This document shows, in pieces, positions 62,739 through 64,000 of a stretch of 64,000 nucleotides of DNA. The position numbers and the translations under genes are program-made. The DNA is taken from contig JADEYG010000004.1 in assembly GCA_016906335.1 (NCBI GenBank), positions 1,240,001 through 1,304,000 on the forward strand. The letters run 5' to 3'. This DNA is from Novakomyces olei. Its lineage: Eukaryota. The notes beneath the pieces were generated by a model that ran no database searches, was not told the origin of the DNA, and saw only the letters and a list, made by a program, of their open reading frames with translations. Positions within the stretch are counted from its first letter, which is position 1, and each line of letters opens with the position of its first letter.

Positions 62739-63143
62739 GATGCTGGCCTCTTTGCTTAATGCCCAAGTTTAGCTTAGTTCTATTTCATAATGAGATTGTA
62801 AGCCTGTAGGATATAATTTGAATATAACGCCTAGAAGACTTACATAGTCCATTATTTAAGTAGAATTAAAATAGAATTAATATTACAAAAAAATAGTAAT
62901 GACGATAATAAAATATTAAATAATGAAGGATTATATCAACAACAGTGCCATGATGCCGTATATGACCGCCCAGGATTTACTAAAATCTACAAAGTACTAT
63001 CGCCAATTATACAGGCAATCTTGAATGATCATTTAATTGCTTTTCAGTCAATCAGTATCTGAGTCAATCTAGCTATAGCATACAACATTATCACATTAGC
63101 CGTGTAGGTCCTCGCTGTGTAATTATAGACAATTGCTAATTAA

Positions 63144-64000
63144 TCAAGCTTGCTCAGAACTTTGGGGTATCGTGCCGTTGCTAGAACCTGATCCCGGTGT
63201 GACCGCTTGCACTTGTCCATTTCCGTCCACGTACTCAAAATTATATCGCGATAGTTGGTAATGCAGCGACTATGGCGTTGTTAATTTTATCCATCGAGGA
63301 TGATCAATGAATGGCCGAGCCTACAAGTCCAAAAGCCCGTAAAAAAATAAATATAAAAATAAAATTAAAAGAAAAAGAACAAAGTAGATGTAATATCATC
63401 TGCAAGACATACCGAAATCTGTGCACCAAACCGTCCAGGGTTCTCAATTAGCTCATATAAAGGCACCGCGAGTAGTTTCATGTTAGACGGAATAGCCAAC
63501 GTGCCTTTGAAAGATCAGATTTAATATATGGATTTTCAAGTTACCATTTTGCGGCAAAGTTACGAGAAACATCTTTTTACACTCCTTTGGCTGAGTTATA
63601 TGCGCCGGCACATAAGGGTAGGTGTGGACTTCAAAGTGCGGGCGCCACCATTGGGCGATACAGTCTCCAATTTCCCAAGGCATAGGCTCTTCGCCCTCTG
63701 CGGAAAGTTGACGTGCAAGTATTGATTGAAACCCTTCAATCTCCTCCGTGTCGTGCTCCAAGTAATCGCCAGGCCTTTTGATTAGATCATTACGAATAAA
63801 CCCACTTTAATAAAAGAAGAAAAGCTAAAGAAAGTTGGTCAAAATGAAATATAATCAACATGCAGATAGGTAGCATAATCTATGAAACAAAGAACAGTGA
63901 TAAAATCAGCCAAAGCCAAAGAGTCACTTACAGTCGAAAAAAAGTATTCGTAACCTGCAATAGCAGGATATGAGGATGATTATGTTGATGCACTGAGATT
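63144..64000 (-). CDS. NUDT21: Cleavage factor Im 25 kDa subunit (CPSF5); 5'-truncated, multi-intron
   Basis: HQHNHPHILLLQVTNTFFRL/PGDYL, WEIGDCIAQWWRPHFE, YPYVPAHITQPKE, NMKLLAVPLYEL and LSRYNF. Confidence 0.93.

Overview
A gene-dense fungal (ascomycete) nuclear segment using the standard genetic code. About 22 protein genes can be supported: URA2 (5'-partial), a siderophore MFS transporter, a HAD-IIA hydrolase, ULA1, TYW1, an Asi1/3-like RING ligase, the divergent ACL1/ACL2 pair, an F-box/WD protein, an Npr1-like kinase, NUP49-like, FIP1, the complex I 24 kDa subunit, UPS1-like, GDI1, RRP12, an intronless Mok1/Ags1 alpha-1,3-glucan synthase, DNAJC11-like, CFIm25 (5'-partial), two orphan ORFs and a 4-exon micro-gene missing from the ORF track. 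There is also one intron-containing tRNA-Glu(CTC). Gene content (complex I, ACL, CFIm25, Mok1-like Ags) and very short introns point to an early-diverging ascomycete, neither Saccharomyces nor Schizosaccharomyces (inference). The most striking pattern is pervasive tandem-repeat expansion in intergenic DNA, in introns and inside conserved enzymes. Other candidates are telo-box promoter elements, iron-responsive GATA sites, a 24-bp palindrome, a spliced AGS1 leader with a uORF, and possible structured ncRNAs near 58.8-59.6 kb. No mobile element or CRISPR array was seen, and I cannot support a wholly new multi-gene system. All protein assignments are from recalled motifs, not database searches.
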